Of a stretch of 64,000 nt of DNA, positions 18,834-28,640 are shown piece by piece. A model generated the notes under the pieces. The model was not told where the DNA came from, did not search any database, and saw only the letters and a list, made by a program, of their open reading frames with translations. Every line of letters starts with the position of its first letter. The first letter of the stretch is position 1. The stretch is from Alphaproteobacteria bacterium (GTDB lineage Bacteria; Pseudomonadota; Alphaproteobacteria; Rickettsiales; UBA1997): positions 2,288-66,287 of the forward strand of contig JAURQX010000046.1 in the NCBI GenBank assembly GCA_030835905.1, written 5' to 3'. A program made the translations under genes and the position numbers.

Positions 18834-20933
18834 ATGGCTAAAGATAACAAAAAAACTAACACTTCTAAATCTACGACAACAAAAAAGAAAACGGTTGCCA
18901 CTAAAACTTCTAAAAAAAGCGAGGAAATTAGTGTAAAAAAGACGACAAACAAGAAAAAATCTGCTAATAATATTACCCAAAATGATATTCTAAATGAGAA
19001 GTTTAATTTAATTCAAGGGGTTAGGTCTGCGATTAAGAGAAAAGCTGAGGCGGTGGCGAATTTTCCTGAAGATATTGCAGATAGTTTGAAAAAGTTACTC
19101 TCCTTAGGAAAAGTTCAGGGCTATCTTACTCATGAACAAATTAGTGACAATATTGAAACGGAAATTGCGCCAAGTAAGCTTGATCAAATTCTTGATACCA
19201 TAACTGAATTTAAGATAAAAATTATCGAAAAGGAAGAAGATATCGATAAAATCTTAGAAGATGATCTACAAGCTAAAGATGAAGAAAAAAGCCAAAAAAG
19301 AAGCGAAGATTCAGTCAAAACCTACCTAAAGTCGATGAGCATTGTAAAATTGCTTACCCGAGATGATGAGGTATCGATTGCAATGAGAATCGAAGAAGGT
19401 CGCAACGAGACAATCGAACAGCTATATAATAGTCCGATTATTTTGCGTCATTTTATTGAGTGGTATAATGGTTTATCAAATGGGACAATTTTATTGCGCG
19501 ATATAATCAGAATTGATGAAACCTATAATTCCGAGCTAGAAGAAATGATGCGCAGTGAAGAACCCGAAGGTAATGCTGGCAATGATGATTTTGCTGAATT
19601 TTTCTCAGATCAAGATGTTGAATCAAATGATGATGATTCATTGTTTGATGATGAAGAATTAGAAGAGATTGATGAAAGCGTGGTTTCTTTCGTCTCGATG
19701 GAACGAATTTTAATGCCAAAGATGTTGGATTTGTTTCAAAGAATAGCCCAAATTTGTCAAAACATAATTGATAAATCAGAGAGCAAAACTCCTGATGAAA
19801 TTAAAGTTGATGATGAAATTAATAAAGCTAAAAACAATTTCCGCGAGCTTGTTTCAGAGGTAAGTTTCAATGATACCCTGATTAAAGCATTAGTCGATCA
19901 GCTTTATGAGTTACAGCAAAAGTTAATTGCTACTGAGGTTGAATTACTAAAATTATCACAGCAATATGGTATAACTAAGGCTGAATTCCTTAAAAATTAT
20001 GAGGGTGTTGAAAATGGTGAAATTTGGTTAAATAACCTCAAAAAAACCTCAGATCCAAAATGGCAAAAATTTGTAGGCGAAAAAGAACAAGTAATTAAGG
20101 ATTTTTTGATAAAAATTATCAAATTTACCAAAGTAATGGGCCTTAATATTGCTGATTTTAAAGACTTAATTAAAAAAGTTCATAAAAGCCAAGAAGATGA
20201 ATCTAGGGCTAAAAAAGAGATGATAGAAGCTAACTTGCGACTAGTAGTTTCAATTGCTAAAAAATATACAAATCGTGGATTACAGTTTCTTGATCTTATT
20301 CAAGAAGGCAATATTGGCTTAATGCGAGCCGTTGATAAGTTTGAATATCGCCGTGGTTATAAATTTTCAACATATGCTACTTGGTGGATTAGACAGGCTA
20401 TTACTAGGGCAATTGCTGATCAATCGCGCACCATCAGGATTCCAATTCACATGGTAGAAACTATCAACAAAATCGTTAAAACTTCGCGTCAATTAACTCA
20501 GGAGCTTGGCAGAACTCCAGATGCTCAAGAAATTGCTGATAAGCTTTTAATGCCAGTTGAAAAGGTAAGAAAGGTTTTAAGGACGTCAAAAGATCCAGTC
20601 AGCCTAGATTCACCAATTTCAGGCGATGATGAAGAAAGTATCTTAGGAGATTTTATCGAAGATAAAACCGCTGTTCAGCCATTTGACGCCACTTCTTATT
20701 CAAAGCTAAAAGAGCTGGCTACACAAATGCTTTCTTCGTTAACACCTAGAGAAGAAAGGGTTCTAAGGATGCGTTTTGGAATAGGTATGGTTACAGATCA
20801 CACTTTGGAAGAAGTTGGTAAACAATTTTCTGTTACCAGAGAGCGTATTCGTCAAATTGAAGCTAAGGCGTTAAAAAAATTACAGCATCCAAAAAGAGCA
20901 AAATTATTAAAAAGCTTTTTGCAGGACTATTAA
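18834..20933 (+). CDS. rpoD: RNA polymerase sigma-70 factor RpoD
   Basis: Lys-rich N-terminus, acidic region, regions 2-4 ([40 protein letters not shown]). Confidence 0.95.
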   Translation: MAKDNKKTNTSKSTTTKKKTVATKTSKKSEEISVKKTTNKKKSANNITQNDILNEKFNLIQGVRSAIKRKAEAVANFPEDIADSLKKLLSLGKVQGYLTHEQISDNIETEIAPSKLDQILDTITEFKIKIIEKEEDIDKILEDDLQAKDEEKSQKRSEDSVKTYLKSMSIVKLLTRDDEVSIAMRIEEGRNETIEQLYNSPIILRHFIEWYNGLSNGTILLRDIIRIDETYNSELEEMMRSEEPEGNAGNDDFAEFFSDQDVESNDDDSLFDDEELEEIDESVVSFVSMERILMPKMLDLFQRIAQICQNIIDKSESKTPDEIKVDDEINKAKNNFRELVSEVSFNDTLIKALVDQLYELQQKLIATEVELLKLSQQYGITKAEFLKNYEGVENGEIWLNNLKKTSDPKWQKFVGEKEQVIKDFLIKIIKFTKVMGLNIADFKDLIKKVHKSQEDESRAKKEMIEANLRLVVSIAKKYTNRGLQFLDLIQEGNIGLMRAVDKFEYRRGYKFSTYATWWIRQAITRAIADQSRTIRIPIHMVETINKIVKTSRQLTQELGRTPDAQEIADKLLMPVEKVRKVLRTSKDPVSLDSPISGDDEESILGDFIEDKTAVQPFDATSYSKLKELATQMLSSLTPREERVLRMRFGIGMVTDHTLEEVGKQFSVTRERIRQIEAKALKKLQHPKRAKLLKSFLQDY

Positions 20934-20992
20934 TTTTTTGTAGGTTGCTCTCAAAAATTTGATTATTATCATTGAGTCTCTCAAGAGTCGCA

Positions 20993-21159
20993 ATTATAGA
21001 TAAGTCAGTTAAGATCTAGACATTTTATATGAGAAAATTTTGAGATAGAAATTTAAGTTAGAACCGCAGAAGTATTGGATATACTTCAAGGTTTTAACTT
21101 GAATTTATAGCCAAAATTTACCTTATAAAAGTCTAAATCTTAATAGACTTATCTATAAT
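20993..21159. repeat. family-1 long palindromic (RPE-like) element, copy A
   Basis: Arms attatagataagtcagttaagatctagacattttata and tataaaagtctaaatcttaatagacttatctataat are imperfect reverse complements; the centre resembles copy B. Confidence 0.75.
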
Positions 21160-21406
21160 AGATGATTTTAATTTCTAGGGCATGCAATCCTTTTGCAAAC
21201 TCTTCTCTTAAGATATTGTTTATTTGTCGATGAGCAGCTATCTTATTTTTATTTGTTAATTCTTTAGCCGATATTTCAATTTTAAAATGAGTTTCGCCAG
21301 TACCATTATCCCCATGGTGACCTTTATGCAGGTGGGAATTATTAATAACTTTTAAATAATTTGGTTGAAAAATAGTTTTTAGTTTATTTTCTATGATTTC
21401 TTTCAT
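21149..21406 (-). CDS. bolA: BolA-family protein
   Basis: NNSHLHKGHHG...GETHFKIEI...HRQINNIL...HALEIK. Confidence 0.8.
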   Translation of the reverse strand: MKEIIENKLKTIFQPNYLKVINNSHLHKGHHGDNGTGETHFKIEISAKELTNKNKIAAHRQINNILREEFAKGLHALEIKIIYYR

Positions 21407-21442
21407 TTTAGTGATTTTAATAGCAAATTAAGTATATCAATA

Positions 21443-22327
21443 ATGCAAATTTTATTGACTGGAGGCACTGGTTTTATTGGTAGTGAATTATGCAAAAAGC
21501 TCATTGCTAGTAAGCATAAATTAACCATCTTAACTAGAAAGTCACTGCAAAATAATGATAAAATTATCTATATTAATGATTTAGATCAAAAAGAATTTCT
21601 TTATGATGTAGTGATAAATATAGCAGGTGAGCCAATATCGAAATACTGGACATTGCAAAGTAAGAAAAAAATTTATGATAGCAGAATTAATTTAACCAAA
21701 AAATTGGTTAAGAAAATTAATGAATCTACAAATAAACCATCTTTATTTATAAGTGGCTCAGCAATAGGCTATTATGGAATATCTAGTCGGTTAAAATTTA
21801 ATGAAGATTCAAAAACTGCTTACAATGTAAATCTCTTTTCGCAAAAAATTTGCCAAGATTGGGAAAGGCAAGCTGAATTAGTAAATAAAAAAGTAAGATT
21901 GGTAAAAATTAGAACTGGGATAGTTTTGGGGAAAAGTGGTGGTGCTTTAAAAAAAATGATAACACCATTTAAGCTAGGATTGGGTGGAAAAATAGGCTCA
22001 GCTAGCCAATATATGAGTTGGATTGACATTAAAGATGCGGTTGAAGCAATCATTTTTATTATTAATAATGAAAAAATTTGTGGAGCTGTTAATTTAACTT
22101 CACCTAATTGCGTAACTAACTCTGAATTTACTACAATACTAGCTAAAATATTAAATCGACCTTGTTTTTTTAATATGCCAGAATTTGTGGTAAAAATTTT
22201 ATTTGGACAAATGGGCCAAGAGCTTTTATTATCGGGGCAAAGAGTCTACCCCCAAACGCTACTCGAGAGTGGTTTTGAATTTAAATATGGCAAGTTAGAG
22301 CAATCATTATCTAGTATTCTTATATGA
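21443..22327 (+). CDS. TIGR01777/YfcH-type NAD-dependent epimerase family protein (DUF1731 C-terminus)
   Basis: LLTGGTGFIGS Rossmann start; C-terminal LLSGQRVYPQTLLESGFEFKY. Confidence 0.75.
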   Translation: MQILLTGGTGFIGSELCKKLIASKHKLTILTRKSLQNNDKIIYINDLDQKEFLYDVVINIAGEPISKYWTLQSKKKIYDSRINLTKKLVKKINESTNKPSLFISGSAIGYYGISSRLKFNEDSKTAYNVNLFSQKICQDWERQAELVNKKVRLVKIRTGIVLGKSGGALKKMITPFKLGLGGKIGSASQYMSWIDIKDAVEAIIFIINNEKICGAVNLTSPNCVTNSEFTTILAKILNRPCFFNMPEFVVKILFGQMGQELLLSGQRVYPQTLLESGFEFKYGKLEQSLSSILI

Positions 22328-23460
22328 TTATTGATCAAAATAAAAATAGTCTTTCACAAAGAATCGAAAACCTAAATTGGCTGATGGTTTCTCTAATAAT
22401 TATTTTAGCATTCATTGGTTTTTTGATGCTTTATTCAGCTGGAGGAGGTTCTATAAGACCTTGGATGATCAGGCAAATGGGTTTTTTTGCAATATTCTTT
22501 CCAATTATGATTTTTATTGCCATAACAGACATTAAAGTTTGGTTCAGATATGCCTATATTTTATACGGTTTGGCTCTGTTTTTGGTTGTAATTGTTGCGG
22601 TTGTTGGACATAACGCTATGGGAGCAACTAGGTGGTTTAAAATTGGTTCAATAACAGTGCAGCCTTCAGAAATTATGAAAGTATGTACAGTTTTTGCATT
22701 AGCCAGATATTTTTATAATGTTGAAGTTGAAAATATTGGCAAAATCAGGGTTATAATTATGCCTATTTTATTAATAGCAGTACCTGCAGTACTTATATTT
22801 AAACAGCCAGATTTAGGAACGGCAGCCATTCTTGCATTTGTAGGAGTTTCGGTATTATTTATGGCTGGAGCTAGAGCCTGGATATTTATTTCATCTGGCA
22901 TTCTAATTTTAATTTCAATTCCCTTTGCTTGGCACTTCTTGCTATATGATTACCAAAAGCAACGAGTATTAACCTTTATTGATCCAGACAAAGACCCCTT
23001 GGGCAGTGGTTATAATATTATACAATCAAAGATAGCAATAGGTTCAGGAGGTCTTTTTGGTAAAGGTTATCTTAATGGCACGCAAGGCCAATTAAATTTC
23101 TTACCAGAAAAACAAACCGACTTTATTTTTACAATGTTAGCAGAAGAAGTCGGATTTATTGGCAGTTTTTTAACTATAGCAACATATTTAATAGTCGGGG
23201 CAATTTGCTTTGCTATAGCTCTAAAAACAAAGCATCAATATGGAAAGTTATTGGTAATGGGCATTGCCAATATTTTTTTAATTCATATGTTTATTAATAT
23301 TGGCATGGTAATGGGTTTAATTCCTGTTGTTGGTGCTCCACTGCCTTTTATTTCATATGGGGGAACTATAATGGCTTCTATGATGATTGGATTTGGTCTA
23401 GTATTAAATGTTGATTTGTATAAAAATTCAGATCTTAGAATTAACAACAACGCATTCTAA
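22324..23460 (+). CDS. rodA: SEDS-family peptidoglycan glycosyltransferase, RodA-like
   Basis: GYNIIQSKIAIGSGGLFGKG, LPEKQTDFIF, PFISYGGT; ATGA overlap with the upstream gene. Confidence 0.8.
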   Translation: MIIDQNKNSLSQRIENLNWLMVSLIIILAFIGFLMLYSAGGGSIRPWMIRQMGFFAIFFPIMIFIAITDIKVWFRYAYILYGLALFLVVIVAVVGHNAMGATRWFKIGSITVQPSEIMKVCTVFALARYFYNVEVENIGKIRVIIMPILLIAVPAVLIFKQPDLGTAAILAFVGVSVLFMAGARAWIFISSGILILISIPFAWHFLLYDYQKQRVLTFIDPDKDPLGSGYNIIQSKIAIGSGGLFGKGYLNGTQGQLNFLPEKQTDFIFTMLAEEVGFIGSFLTIATYLIVGAICFAIALKTKHQYGKLLVMGIANIFLIHMFINIGMVMGLIPVVGAPLPFISYGGTIMASMMIGFGLVLNVDLYKNSDLRINNNAF

Positions 23461-23579
23461 AGATTTTTTTAAGTTTTCCAAATATTTTCCTAGGATAATA
23501 ACAATAGACTTCTTGCATAACTGCCAAATTTTGGTAATTTTTTCGTTATTAAAAATTTTTGAAATTCACGTACATCAAA

Positions 23580-23635
23580 ATACGCTAAAATTCCAAAAAA
23601 TTTTAGCCGATTTGATGATTAAAATAGTCGTTAAG
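23580..23635. repeat. family-2 hairpin repeat, left half (interrupted by IS1)
   Basis: Aligns with 16515-16570; ends in the target duplication tcgttaag (23628-23635). Confidence 0.75.
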
Positions 23636-23714
23636 GGAACTGCTAATTAAACATAGACATTAAATTATCCAATGATAAAATAAATATTGGCATCAGCCAA
23701 TTTATTAACTTTTA

Positions 23715-24185
23715 ATGATAATTGATATGTCCAAAATGGTTTGCAAGCACTGCGGTAATGGTGGGTTTGTTAAAAATGGCTTTATGTCAGGTAAACAAAG
23801 GTATAAATGCAAGGAATGTAACAAAACATTTACTGCTGGTGATAGAAGAGAGAAATACGATGATGAGAAGAGATTTAAAGTTATTAGGATGTATTTAGAG
23901 GGTGTTGGAATTAGATCTATTGAAAGACTTGAGAATGTTAGTAATGTTTTAGTGATTCAATGGGTTAGGAAATTTGCCAAAATAATCAAAAGAAAGTTAT
24001 TTGAGGCAGCTGATAATATTGATGTTAAAGAAGATATTGCTGTTATGGAAATAGATGAGCTTGTTACTTGGATTAAAAAAAACCAAGAAGGGATAAAGAA
24101 ACAAAAAGACTCATCAATGGAGAATATACCTTCATATGGATTGCTACTGATAGGAAAAGACTTAAAGTTGTTGACTCTGAAATAG
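23715..24185 (+). CDS. insA: IS1 InsA-like protein (zero-frame product)
   Basis: Zinc-finger CKHCGNGGFVKNGFMSGKQRYKCKECNKTF and HTH, as in IS1 InsA. Confidence 0.85.
   Translation: MIIDMSKMVCKHCGNGGFVKNGFMSGKQRYKCKECNKTFTAGDRREKYDDEKRFKVIRMYLEGVGIRSIERLENVSNVLVIQWVRKFAKIIKRKLFEAADNIDVKEDIAVMEIDELVTWIKKNQEGIKKQKDSSMENIPSYGLLLIGKDLKLLTLK
24077..24083 (+). promoter_or_regulatory. programmed -1 ribosomal frameshift heptamer A-AAA-AAC
   Basis: Zero-frame codons AAA (24078-80) and AAC (24081-83) preceded by A. The -1 frame has a TAA stop at 24074-24076 and is open from 24077 to the stop at 24478. Confidence 0.75.
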
Positions 24186-24478
24186 GTGATAGAAGCTTTA
24201 TCACCTACCTAAAATTAGCTATGAGGTTAGAAGAAAGATACAATATCAGACATTTATGCACCGATGAATATTCGGTCTACAAAAAATATAAAATTGCCCA
24301 ACACCACATCGCATCAAAAAGTGAAACTTGCTTGGCTGAAAGTAAAAATTCAGTCATTAGAAGATGTTTAGCTAGGTCTAATAGAAGAACATGTAGATTT
24401 AGTAAAGCAGTTGATATGATAGAAGCCAGTTTATTACTGCTTTTTAATAAAGATTTATTAATCTCTATGTTTAGTTAG
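24080..24478 (+). CDS. insB: IS1 InsB' part of the transposase (-1 frame; expressed as an InsAB' fusion from 23715)
   Basis: -1 frame reads KPRRDKETKRLINGEYTFIWIATDRKRLKVVDSEIGDRS...CTDEYSVYKKY...LAESKNSVIRRCLARSNRRTCRFSKA, parallel to the IS1 InsB DDE region. Confidence 0.8.
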   Translation, partial: KPRRDKETKRLINGEYTFIWIATDRKRLKVVDSEIGDRSFITYLKLAMRLEERYNIRHLCTDEYSVYKKYKIAQHHIASKSETCLAESKNSVIRRCLARSNRRTCRFSKAVDMIEASLLLLFNKDLLISMFS

Positions 24479-24485
24479 CAGTTCC

Positions 24486-24551
24486 TCGTTAAGACTATTT
24501 TAATTGATCAAATCTCCCTACAAATTCCTCAAAATTTTATGGTTATGCAAG
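24486..24551. repeat. family-2 hairpin repeat, right half
   Basis: tcgttaagactattttaattgatcaaatctccctacaaattcctcaaaatt aligns with 16570-16627. Confidence 0.75.
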
Positions 24552-24606
24552 AAATCTAGTCAATAAAGGTGCAAGAAAATAAGCGAAAAATCAAAAAATT
24601 ACAAAA

Positions 24607-25233
24607 TTATTCTTTGCCCTTTGACTCTTCTGAAGGATTTGCTTCTGTGCTTTCAGAACTATCTCCAGTGGTTGACTTACCTCTACCAGTAATACTGCAA
24701 ATTAAGAAGTTATTTTTGCTAGAGAATTTAACTCCTTCAGGCAATTTAATATCACTTGCCCTAACCTTATCAGAAATATGAAGAGAGCCAACATCTACAG
24801 TTATTTCTGTTGGTATAGTTGATTTACTTGAACACAAAACATCAACTCTTCTAAGAGCAACATTTAGGAAGCCACCTCTTTTTAAACCAGGAGATTTTTC
24901 TCTGCCTTCAAACTTAAATTTTGGCTTGGCACGAATATTATCAGCGCTATCACAGCTAATAAAATCAACATGAATAGGCTTGTCAGTTACTGGATCAAGA
25001 GTGATATCATGAGCTATAGCCCTTAATTTCTTGTTACCTAGCTCTATCTCTACTACAGTTGCCGGTAAATTTCCTTTGAAATATTCCTTTTCAAATGAAT
25101 TTGCATCAATAACAAGATCTAAATTTTTGGATTTGTTATAAATAATGGCTGGAATATTACCAGATTTTCTTAAATTTTTTGTAGCTCTGCTACCAAACTC
25201 AGCTCTCTCTCGAGCTTCAAAAACAACTGACAT
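24607..25233 (-). CDS. rplY: 50S ribosomal protein L25/Ctc
   Basis: RERAEFGSRATKNLRKSGNIPAIIY start; two-domain Ctc length. Confidence 0.9.
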   Translation of the reverse strand: MSVVFEARERAEFGSRATKNLRKSGNIPAIIYNKSKNLDLVIDANSFEKEYFKGNLPATVVEIELGNKKLRAIAHDITLDPVTDKPIHVDFISCDSADNIRAKPKFKFEGREKSPGLKRGGFLNVALRRVDVLCSSKSTIPTEITVDVGSLHISDKVRASDIKLPEGVKFSSKNNFLICSITGRGKSTTGDSSESTEANPSEESKGKE

Positions 25234-25352
25234 TGATAAAGAAAGAAAAATTAATAACTAAAAGGACAAAGTATAGTAAGTACAAAATAGCAAAAATCAA
25301 GCACTAAATACAAATCAAAATTATGATTTGGCTAAATCTTCAAAATGCTTAT

Positions 25353-25835
25353 TTAGATTTTTTTTAATTCAGATAAAACTTCATCAACATGGCCTTTTAC
25401 TTTAACTGTGGTCCATATTTTGGTTATTTTGCCAATTTTGTCAATTAAGAATGTGCTACGATCAATGCCTAAGTATTTTTTTCCAAACATTGATTTTTCT
25501 TTCAAAACATTATAGCTTTGACAAATTTCTGTAGATATATCAGCTAACAAGTCAAATTTTAAACTGTATTTTTCAATGAATTTTTTATGTGAATTAGTGT
25601 TATCTTTAGAGACCCCGATTATAATGCAGTCGTGCTTTGCAAATTCTTTGAGTCTGTTATTAAAATCTTGAGCTTCAATAGTGCAACCTGGAGTATCATC
25701 TTTTGGGTAAAAATATAAAACTATATTTTTTCCTTTTAGATCTGATAGTTTTATCCTTCCTTGGATTGAATCTGCAACAAAGTTGGGAGCGTAATCACCA
25801 ACTTTTAAACTTTCACTTAAACCTAACATATTCAA
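25353..25835 (-). CDS. bcp: thiol peroxidase Bcp (peroxiredoxin)
   Basis: YFYPKDDTPGCT peroxidatic cysteine motif. Confidence 0.85.
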   Translation of the reverse strand: MNMLGLSESLKVGDYAPNFVADSIQGRIKLSDLKGKNIVLYFYPKDDTPGCTIEAQDFNNRLKEFAKHDCIIIGVSKDNTNSHKKFIEKYSLKFDLLADISTEICQSYNVLKEKSMFGKKYLGIDRSTFLIDKIGKITKIWTTVKVKGHVDEVLSELKKI

Positions 25836-25841
25836 TAAAAT

Positions 25842-26381
25842 TTACTGTTGTTGCTCTAGGTTTGCTTCTTTAATTGAAGCTATAACCTCATTAAATCTAG
25901 ATTGACTACATAAGCCAAGTAAAACAACATCTCTTGGCTTAATTTCTTGAATGTTCCAATGAGTTCTTTCTCTGATTGAATCAATCATTTTATCAGTGGT
26001 ACCAATTAATTTTTTGATTTGAGCATTGGTAATTTCTGGATAATATTTTAGTAAAAAAGCTATACCATCAGGCTTGTCTTGACGACGAGCAATTGGAGTA
26101 TATTTAGAAACTTTTCCTTTATTTCTGCTAAACGCCGATTTTATGATATGTAAATGAGCCTCGGGATCTGCTTCGCATTTTGCAATTTCTTCTTTAGTAA
26201 TTTGCCCAGAAATGATTGGGTTTTGGCCAACAACATTAGAGGCGACATCTCCATCAGCGATGCCCTGTACTTCAAGTTCATGAAGGCCACAAAAATTAGC
26301 AATTTGCCTGAAAGTCAGAGAGGTATTTTCAACCAACCAAACTGCAGTAGCCTTTCTCATTAATGGTAATTCTTGTGACAT
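25842..26381 (-). CDS. DUF1013-family protein (TrcR-like cell-cycle regulator family of alphaproteobacteria)
   Basis: PLMRKATAVWLVENTSLTFRQIANFCGLHELEVQGIADG N-terminus, recalled for DUF1013. Confidence 0.7.
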   Translation of the reverse strand: MSQELPLMRKATAVWLVENTSLTFRQIANFCGLHELEVQGIADGDVASNVVGQNPIISGQITKEEIAKCEADPEAHLHIIKSAFSRNKGKVSKYTPIARRQDKPDGIAFLLKYYPEITNAQIKKLIGTTDKMIDSIRERTHWNIQEIKPRDVVLLGLCSQSRFNEVIASIKEANLEQQQ

Positions 26382-26455
26382 TGTTTAATCTAGGTTGTAT
26401 TATTAATTATAAAGTGTACGATTAATATAACTTATTAGCAAATTTAAAAGCAAGC

Positions 26456-27223
26456 ATGATATTACTATTATCACCTGCAAAATCACTAGATTTTGATTCT
26501 CAAACAAATTATACGCCAAGCTCAACTCCTCTTTTTAAAGAAAAGGCCTATAATTTAGTGCAAATCTTAAAAAATTTGTCAGCTACAGATCTTCAAGAAA
26601 TATTTGGTATCAGTGAAAAATTATCACAATTAAACTTCGCACGATTTCAATCTTTTGTCAACGATTATAATTCTACTAATTCAAGACAGGCTATTCTTGC
26701 CTTTAATGGCGATGTTTATAATAATATTAAAACTAAAGAATTTGGTGATGATGAATTTCAATTTGCTCAAGAGCATATTTTGATTCTATCAGGACTTTAT
26801 GGTTTATTGAGACCTTTAGACTTAATTCAGCCATACCGATTAGAAATGGGAACCAACTTTGCTAACAATAAATTTTTTCAACAAAAAAATATCAAAGATT
26901 TATACCAATTCTGGCAAGATGAAATAGTGCAAACTCTTAATAAAATCAATCTAGACATTGTTAATCTTGCTTCCAACGAATATTTTTCGGTAGTTAATCG
27001 TCAGCAAATTAAAAATAAGATAATTGACATTGTGTTTAAGGAGAAAAAAAACGGCTCTTTAAAAATTATTGGTATCAATGCCAAAAGAGCCAGAGGGATG
27101 ATGGCAAATTTTGCTATAAAAAATAAAATAATAAAAACTCAGGATTTAAAAAAATTTAATCAGGCCGATTATAAGTTTGATGAAAAAGTTTCTAGTGAAA
27201 ATGAATGGGTATTTACCAGATAA
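26456..27223 (+). CDS. yaaA: peroxide stress protein YaaA (UPF0246)
   Basis: LLLSPAKSLDF start; LSGLYGLLRPLDLIQPYRLEM. Confidence 0.85.
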   Translation: MILLLSPAKSLDFDSQTNYTPSSTPLFKEKAYNLVQILKNLSATDLQEIFGISEKLSQLNFARFQSFVNDYNSTNSRQAILAFNGDVYNNIKTKEFGDDEFQFAQEHILILSGLYGLLRPLDLIQPYRLEMGTNFANNKFFQQKNIKDLYQFWQDEIVQTLNKINLDIVNLASNEYFSVVNRQQIKNKIIDIVFKEKKNGSLKIIGINAKRARGMMANFAIKNKIIKTQDLKKFNQADYKFDEKVSSENEWVFTR

Positions 27224-27972
27224 TGTTGAAAGAATATCAATATAAAAATTTCAATATTAAGTATTTTGCCGAGATAGACAGCACTAATTCTTATCTTTTA
27301 AATCAGGGAAGATTAAATTTAGCTCATGAATTTGAGGTCGCTATTGCTGATATTCAAAATCAGGGACGTGGTAGAAAAAATAGAAAATGGCAGTCTTACA
27401 ATGAAAATTTGCAATTTTCACTTCTTTTGAAGCCAAAGGTTAAGATTATTGAAATTTCACAATTGTCAATTTTGGCTGTTTTAGCTCTTGGCGAAATTAT
27501 TGAAGAGCTAGCAAGTTCTTTAAATAAAGAGGTAGAAATTTCTTACAAATGGCCCAATGATTTGTTGTTAGATAGTAAAAAAGTTGCGGGAATTTTAATA
27601 GAAAATTCAATTAAAAATGATCAACTGCATTTTGTAGTAATTGGTATGGGTGTTAATTTGGCCAAAAGTCCATCTTCAACAATTTTTCCAGCAACAAATT
27701 TAAAAGATTTATCGTTAGAAATTAATAAAATTCAATTTTTGGAAAGGCTACTCGATAAGTTTAAGTTATTTTATAATTCTTGGCAAGATTTTGGCTTTGC
27801 CAATTTTAGAAAATTATGGCTTAAAAAAGCTTATAAGGTTGGTCAAGAAATTGAGTTAACTATTGATGACAAAAAAATAGTTGGCATATTCAGCGATATT
27901 GACGATCTGGGAAGTATGATTCTGCAACAACAAGAAAAAATTAGATCAATTAGTTTTGCTGAAGTGCTATAA
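27205..27972 (+). CDS. birA: biotin--[acetyl-CoA-carboxylase] ligase (no HTH domain)
   Basis: QNQGRGRKNRKWQS, KWPNDLLLDSKKVAGIL. Confidence 0.85.
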   Translation: MGIYQIMLKEYQYKNFNIKYFAEIDSTNSYLLNQGRLNLAHEFEVAIADIQNQGRGRKNRKWQSYNENLQFSLLLKPKVKIIEISQLSILAVLALGEIIEELASSLNKEVEISYKWPNDLLLDSKKVAGILIENSIKNDQLHFVVIGMGVNLAKSPSSTIFPATNLKDLSLEINKIQFLERLLDKFKLFYNSWQDFGFANFRKLWLKKAYKVGQEIELTIDDKKIVGIFSDIDDLGSMILQQQEKIRSISFAEVL

Positions 27973-28637
27973 TGTTTGGAAAAAATAAAATTCTTAAAGC
28001 TGAAATTCATGACGGAGATTATCTGCAAGTTCAAGAAATTTTTCTAACTTTGCAGGGCGAGGGGCCAAATGTTGGCACGCCAGCAATCTTCATTAGGCTT
28101 GGAGGATGTAATTTGGCGTGTGATTTTTGTGATACTGAATTTGATTCATATCAAGAAATGTCTTTGAAAGATATTTTGTTGCAAATTCAAAATATTTTAC
28201 AAAAAAATCCTAAAATTAGATTGGCAGTTATTACAGGTGGAGAGCCAATGCGACAACCAATAACAAAACTATGTCAAGAATTACAAAATATTGATCTTAA
28301 AGTGCAAATCGAAACTAATGGTACTATTTTTCGTGATTTACCAAAAGAGGTACAAATAATCTGTTCGCCTAAAATTTCCAAACAAAAATATTATCCAATA
28401 AGAGAAGATTTGTTGCCAAAAATTGATGCTTTTAAATTTATAATATCAAAAAGAGAGCCTTATAATCAAATTGCAAAAATTGATCAAAATAAATTGAATA
28501 TTCCAATTTATTTGCAGCCAATGGACGAATATGATCAAACAAAAAATAAAGAAAATTTAGATCTAGCAATTAAATTATGCCTAGAAAATGGCTATATTCT
28601 TTCTTTGCAAACTCATAAAAAAATTGGTTTACCATAG
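27972..28637 (+). CDS. queE: 7-carboxy-7-deazaguanine synthase (radical SAM)
   Basis: FLTLQGEGPNVGTPAIFIRLGGCNLACDFCDT (Cx3Cx2C). Confidence 0.85.
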   Translation: MFGKNKILKAEIHDGDYLQVQEIFLTLQGEGPNVGTPAIFIRLGGCNLACDFCDTEFDSYQEMSLKDILLQIQNILQKNPKIRLAVITGGEPMRQPITKLCQELQNIDLKVQIETNGTIFRDLPKEVQIICSPKISKQKYYPIREDLLPKIDAFKFIISKREPYNQIAKIDQNKLNIPIYLQPMDEYDQTKNKENLDLAIKLCLENGYILSLQTHKKIGLP

Positions 28638-28640
28638 ATA

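Larger units (their letters stand above)
23636..24485 (+). mobile_element. IS1-family insertion sequence, apparently intact (850 bp)
   Basis: IRL GGAACTGCTAATTAAACATAGAC versus rc IRR GGAACTGCTAACTAAACATAGAG (21/23 by hand). 8-bp direct repeat tcgttaag at 23628-23635 and 24486-24493. InsA/InsB' two-frame organisation. Confidence 0.9.

Noticed and set aside
23408-23650. 80-aa ORF running from the rodA 3' end into the IS
   Set aside because: It crosses the rodA stop region, a family-2 repeat and the IS left inverted repeat, so it is not a coherent gene.
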